Positions 56,414 through 64,000 of a stretch of DNA of 64,000 bases are shown here, one piece after another; positions within the stretch are counted from its first letter, which is position 1, and every line of letters starts with the position of its first letter. The translations under genes and the position numbers were made by a program. The DNA is from the human T2T-CHM13v2.0 reference genome, Homo sapiens. Location of the stretch: the NCBI RefSeq assembly GCF_009914755.1, contig NC_060941.1; one strand, 5' to 3'. Under the pieces are notes generated by a model, which was not told the origin of the DNA, did not search any database, and saw nothing but the letters and a program-made list of their open reading frames with translations.

Positions 56414-56775
56414 TTAAGGCAGATTTCATGCCTCATAAAATGAACAGCTCATTAAAGGATATGGATAATTTGAATAATAAGCAATTAAACTTAACTCATT
56501 ATATTTCAGAATTGCTAAAATACTTGGAATGTTCTAAACAAAAAGAAATAAGTGTTTGAGGTGATGGATATCTCAGTTACCCTGATTTGATCATTACATA
56601 TTATATGCCTGTATCCAGATATTACATATACCCCATAAATATGTAAAGTTAATATGTGTCAAGTTTTTAAAAGCTTAATTCAGCCGAGTGTAGAACCTCA
56701 TACTGAAAAACATAAGATTTCTTATACTTGTATTGTTTTCCAGCACTTGTGAACTGTTTATAAAAGTTGATTATA

Positions 56776-57158
<383 letters not shown>

Positions 57159-57959
57159 TCAAAATAGAATCTAACAACAAAGAAGATAGGGAGAAATTTC
57201 TTTTCTACTTCTAAAATTTTAAAGTTTTAAAATAACTTTTTAAAATAACTTTTGGGTTAAAACAGAAACCAAAATTGAAAAAAAAGTTGGAAATTAACAT
57301 GTATTATGTATTAAAACTTATGAAATGTAGCCAAAGTGGTACTCTATGGAAAAGTCATTACCTTGAATACTTTTATTAGAAAACAAGAAGTACTGAAAAT
57401 AAATGAACTAATAAGGAGATCGAGGAAGACATAGTAAACATGAAGTAATCAATAAAGTTAAAAGGGAAAATGAATAAGCAAAAAACTAGTACTTGATCAG
57501 TAAAGCCAGTTTCCTTGAAAAGACTAAGATAATAGAGCAATCTTTGATAGAAGTGATCAAAATGAAAAAGAGGGAGTGAGAAAAGATAACATACAGAACA
57601 TACAGAACAAGAAATTAGTCACTAATCTTTTTATTATAAGGGAATACAGCATATAGCTTTATAGCAAAACAATACACACAAAAAAACCTTGAATGAGATG
57701 GAAGAAAACTGCTGTAAATTTGACTCAAGAAAACTTAAAATTATGACTAGCCTGGTAACCATAGAAATCAAAGATCTCCAAGAGTCATCAGACCTAGATG
57801 ATTTTACAGGCGAGTTTTAGCTAAACTTACAAGTAATAATTATAATAATAGTAGTAGTAATTAAAGATAATATTTTTTGAGCTGTTACCCTATTCTAGAC
57901 AGTGTTAAGTAATTTACCTATATGAGCAAATTTAATCTTCACAGCAAACTTAGTGGATA

Positions 57960-58220
57960 GTCAACAGTCTCTGTGTGAACACTTTCAGTGATAGTGAGCT
58001 TTCTTCTTTGTAACATAGCCTGCTCCTTTGTTCAGTAGTTTTAACTGTCAGTTCTCTAATTTACATGGATGGAAATGTCCTCCTTTATTGCTCCTACCCA
58101 TTAGTCCTAGTTCTGCCTTGTAGAACTATACGACATAAATTAACCTCTTCTTTCACGTGGCAGTCTTTTATATCCTGGAAAGCAGCCATGATGTCTACTT
58201 TTCTGTAGCTTAAAAGACTT
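57960..58220 (-). mobile_element. L3/CR1 fragment
   Basis: ctacccattagtcctagttctgcc motif. Confidence 0.5.
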
Positions 58221-58650
58221 TATTTACAGCCTGTCTGATACCAAGATGGTAGTACAGCTGTGTTATTTTCATCATCTTCTGCTCTAGTAACCATATGAAA
58301 ATGGGCATGAGATTACTTTGAAATTACTCTTCCTTGTGACCCCTTATCAACTTTCAGTGAGCATTTTTTTTCTTTTGAGAAATTGAATAGAAACTCCTAG
58401 TGTCCACATTTTGACATCCTTTAGTCCTGTAGTTCTGTGAAGTTCCTGCATGGCTTTACAGAAACTGTTATTGGTAGTTTCATGTTCATGTCTTCCTGTC
58501 CTTTTAGAATTCTGAAAGGTAAATTGTGTGGGTCTGGATTTTGATTATGTGTATTTTAACTTGTCCTCAAAACTTGGTCTTTAATGTCCTCTTAATGATG
58601 TTTATTAAATATAATTTTCTTAATGGAGAACATTAAAGCAAAATCAGAGT

Positions 58651-59049
58651 TGTCTTAATTTGTTTAGGTTGCTATAAGAAAAAACCTCTGGGACTGGGTA
58701 ATTCATAAAGAACAGAAATCTATTTTCTCACAGTTCTGGTGGCTGGGAAGTCTAAGATCAAGGCACCAGCAGGTTTGGTTGTCTGGTGAGGGCTGCTGTC
58801 TGCTTCCAAGATAACACCTTGTTGCTGCATCTTCCAGGAGGGAGGGACATTTCGTCCACACCTGAGGGAAGATGGAGGTGTGACATAACCTAACTCTGTA
58901 GCCTCTTTGATAAGGTCTTAATCCCAGCCACAAAGGGAGGAGCCTTTATATGGCTTAACTACCGCTTAAGGGTTCTACCTCTTTCTACTGTCATACTGGC
59001 CTTTAAATTTCAACACCTGAATTTTGGAGGACACGTTCAAACCATAGCA
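58651..59049 (-). mobile_element. MST/MLT1A-type MaLR solo LTR
   Basis: ttctcacagttctggtggctgggaagtctaagatcaaggc...ttcaaaccatagca. Confidence 0.85.
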
Positions 59050-59275
59050 CCAAGGGTTGAGTAATGGATTGTTCTGTCTCTTACTTAGAGCAGGATATTG
59101 TTAAACATGGCAGACTTTGGAGTCAGATATACTTGGTTGAAACCGTGACTTTGCTACTTATTAACTGTATGACCTTGGCCGTGTCACTTGACTACTCTGA
59201 GTATGTTTTCTTACCTGTATTGTATTATTGGTATTTCTGCATCACAGAGTATTGTATGGATTAAGTAAGATATCA

Positions 59276-59580
<305 letters not shown>

Positions 59581-59794
59581 TCAAGAACTTAGTAAAGAGT
59601 TTAGCTCGTAGAAGGTGATTCATAAATGAAAGCTTATAATAAAATCACTACATAATTTATCTTTCCCATGCAGCAGATCTGTCCTGTCCTTGTCTGTTTT
59701 TTAATTCTAAAAACATCCCAGCAATCCTTTTTGCTATCTTCAAAACATAGCTCTTCTCAACTGGGGCTCTATTCTTCGTGGACAATATTGTTAG

Positions 59795-59848
59795 ATGGTT
59801 TTCTACTCTTCATCTTTGATTATGGTTTTCTACTCTTCATCTTTGATT
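59795..59848. repeat. Perfect 27-bp tandem duplication
   Basis: atggttttctactcttcatctttgatt x2. Confidence 0.97.
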
Positions 59849-59931
59849 ATTTCCCCCTCTCTTTGTATATTTCTTTTTCAGGCACAATCTGTCTTTATCA
59901 AAAAATTTCTGATATGGCAATATTTTTTTAG

Positions 59932-60269
<338 letters not shown>

Positions 60270-61759
60270 ATTGCTTTTTATTTTTAATCTATACCCTCAA
60301 ACCATATTCTCTTTTAAAATTATTGACCATGGGCTCATAGCTTCTTTTCTCTACATTTTTAAAGAAATGTTTGCCTAAATCTGAAGTGTTGAATTGACGG
60401 TCCAGCATTCCTTTTAGTGCTGTGACCAATGAAGGGTCAAACCAAGGACACCTAGGACCTGAGATGGAGAAGGCAAGTTAGTAAGATAACAGTGTGGTAG
60501 CACTCATGAAGTAGATGCATAAGCAGACCCTAAAGATTAGGGTGGATCAGCAGTAGGGTAATTGTTAGGTGTCACAGGAAGTAAGTGGAACCTGTTAATC
60601 CAAGGGAATCTAGGGGGAGGCAGTAGGCAAAGTTCCAGGGAGGACAAGTAGTCAGCACCAAGAAAAATGTCTAACATTGAGGTCACTGTGTAAGGTAATG
60701 TTGTTTTTCAGCAGATCTTTATGGAATGTCTGTAATGTGGCAGGGTTAAGGCTCAGAACTCTAGGACCCAAAGAACTGATAGGGTCACACTGGTCAAGAA
60801 CCCAGCTGAACGAAGAACCCGTTTAGAGTTCTACATAGTCATTTGTAAACTCTGGGCAGATTAGTTCTTTTTGATCTTCTGTTTCTTCATATGTACAGTG
60901 AAGATAATAACACCTTAAGGCTGAGAGGAATACAGAAATGTGTGTAGAGTTTCTTTTTGTGCCAAGCACTTCTTGTGACAAACAAGGGGAAATAATAAAA
61001 AGAATCCTAACATGTGAAAAAGTTGTCAATCACTTGATTAATATCCTTTTTAGCTCCTGTGTTGTGTTTCCAAGAATTGGGTATCAGTTTTAAACATGGA
61101 AAATACCATGAAGATTACAGAAAAAAATCCTTCATTGTCCATCCTTCTTCTGTGACCTTCCCCAGAAAACTCACCATGATTTATGCCATGGTCCCTAGGA
61201 AGTCTAATTTTTTTACTTAATTGACCTTGTCCTTCTTTACTTGCTTAACTTCCCACCTGCTATGGAATGTGAGCAGTTTAGAAAGTGGCAAATGTGGAAT
61301 TTAAGGGCTAAACAATTTTGGCCATGAGGAATACTTTTCAGTCACAAAGCATCACAAAAGTCAAATAAATATCCACGATTCAAAAGAAAGCCTTAGTAAC
61401 TCTCTAAACAGGAAATAAATTATAGTATGGGATAATATAAAGCTTAGAACAGAATATATGTTCACATTATAACAACAGAAATTTTTATAATGCTAAACTA
61501 TATATTTATTCTCATTATAGAAAATTATGCACCCAAATTGACATTCAGCCCATAAGAGTAATAAACACGTGGCATGGCAGAGTAACTCCCTCTCTTAGAG
61601 GAGGATTTTAAACACCAGAGGGCAGAGTGTTCCAGAGGACATTTTCAGTTCAGCTGGCCTTTCTTAATTGTAAATGCGCATCCTTACCTTGTCCGTCAGT
61701 CATTCATGTCGTGGGCAGAATTTCAAAAGTTAAGAAATGTGGTTATTTCATTTTACTTA

Positions 61760-62053
<294 letters not shown>

Positions 62054-64000
62054 AAGAAATATGGTCATTTTAGAATTGTCTATGTGGTATTATCTGTTTT
62101 GATGACTTTGTTTAGATAGCACAATGAGCAGTGTTTTGAGTTATACCAGAGTTGGTTGAACATCTCTGTTTTCCCCATTTCTGGTTAATGTTCATGTTTC
62201 TGATTTCTGAAAATGATTTTTAGAAAAAATTATGTATACATCTATATCATTCAGTAAATTTTATAACTTTAGATTAATGAAGTAAGTAAAGTGAGAGAAA
62301 GGAGATTTGATATGTGTATCTTATGGCTCAGTATGCCCTTTTATGCCCTGCTTATCAATAAAAACATTCTGAAAGAACCACCTGCCAACTCATGACCTTT
62401 TTCAAATGTTACAATTATCATTTAGAGGTAGCATCACACATTTGGGATAATTTTATTCAGGGTTTAGATAGTAAAGTCAACATATAAAATAAAAACTGAG
62501 TATAAAGAAAATTATCCTCAGAAATCCATTACATATCATTCACGACATTCATTAAACAGAAATACTGCTTCTCAGTATATCCAACCCTGCCAGTTTATCC
62601 TTTAGAGTTGTAACTATTTTACTCTTTACTCTCTTTTTCTTTGACCACCAGATGAAGTAGTTGGCTGATGTATAGGGATCACATATATGATTTTTAAGAA
62701 TATATTTCTTTTTCTTCTCTGTCACTCATTACCCTACTGCTGCAGATTGAAGTCCTGATCTGAAGCAGTAGCCATTGCTAGGAAAGACACAACCCCGCGT
62801 AGAAAGTTGGCCAAAGCTTGAATTGCTATAGCTAGTAGAATGGTTACTTTCTTAACTCCTGTGAGAATAGAGATTTCGTATGTACATCTCTTCATAAATA
62901 TTACCCTACCTTTAAGCACAATAGAGTTTAGCACGGATGATTACTCCTTAGAGAAAGCTTTTAATATAGCAAGACTGAAAAAAGAATAAAAATAAAAAAG
63001 AATGTAAAACTGTATAAGTTTTAGCATGACTTACCTAAATTAATCATAAAGGAGTTAAAAATTAGTAACCAAGGGGAAGAGCTTAACTCCTTAAATCTCT
63101 CTCCACCCTTAAGTTAAATCCAATTTTTCAAGCAAAACAAAACCTGTGTACTTTGTCTTTTGAAGTATTTTAATCATGTCCTCATCCCAGTTAGCTCCTA
63201 CACAGCATAAGCAACGTTAGAAAAAATTATTTGTTGTCCAAGTTTACATTTTTTGCAGAACTTTTCTGGTATCTCTCTAATGCAAAGATCTGCTCAACAT
63301 GACTTGATGATGGGGAGGTGGGAGAGAAAGTTGCTCTTTTTACCTAAGATATTGAATAATTAGTATTCTAAAAAGTCACAACTGAAGAGAATTTCCCTCA
63401 AAAATAACTACTGGCACAAGACAATATTTGAGTTAAAAAACTTACTAGGTAGAAGAGATTAGATTATCCAGGAAACAGAATGAGATAGGCTGTCCATGGA
63501 ATTTCCAAGTCAAACATAATAGCTCATTTTTGAGTTTGCCCTACAGTTTTCTAGTTAGGTAGGATAAAAAGTAATAGGTTATTTTAAACAACTCAATCAC
63601 TTTGCATGTTCTTTGATATTAACCATTCCATAGAAACCACTTATACTTCTTTATTACCAAGTTACTATTTTCTGAAGACATTTATAAGTCATGTTGAGGC
63701 AGTAGAATTACTTGTACATTATTATATTAAATAATCCTTGAACGCTAGTCCGCAGTATCTGTATCTACTATAATTCTAAAAAGAAATAGCTACTAGCTAC
63801 TTGTGAAAAGTATATGCAGTGTGATGGGACACAATATCCAGTCAAACATAAAACCTAGCCTGGAAAAATATTTACCCTTTCAGGCAATTTTCTGTGTTTA
63901 TGGAGTTCTATTGAAATTCCACTTTTCATTTTTCTTTGCTGTTTTGCTTAGATACTATTAAAAAAGATAATATAGATGTTTAGAATTTTAAGCCTTTGCT

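Overview
AT-rich, CpG-poor primate (almost certainly human) genomic DNA lying inside long introns of a + strand gene I recognise from its peptide as TANC2. Only two coding exons are visible: 22205-22276 (72 nt) and 47419-47490 (72 nt), the second with an in-frame alternative donor extending it to 47601. The rest is layered repeats: about 20 Alu/FLAM copies, L1 fragments of several ages, HAL1, L2, MIR, L3, solo LTRs (MER21-, LTR12F-, MST-, MER31/67-like), an ERVL pol fragment, and DNA transposons (MER47-, MER58-, MER20-, MER2-, MER30-like, MADE1, piggyBac MER85). A decayed C2H2 zinc-finger array lies on the - strand. Nearly all ORFs in the supplied track are chance or repeat-derived. I found no convincing new biological system. 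The best leads are competing splice sites at the second exon, an intact MER85 with its CSB-PGBD3 palindrome, a sense LTR12 solo LTR, a miniature twin-primed L1, and several local duplications with templated junctions. Repeat subfamily names come from memory of consensus sequences and repeat boundaries are approximate; both need RepeatMasker/Dfam confirmation.
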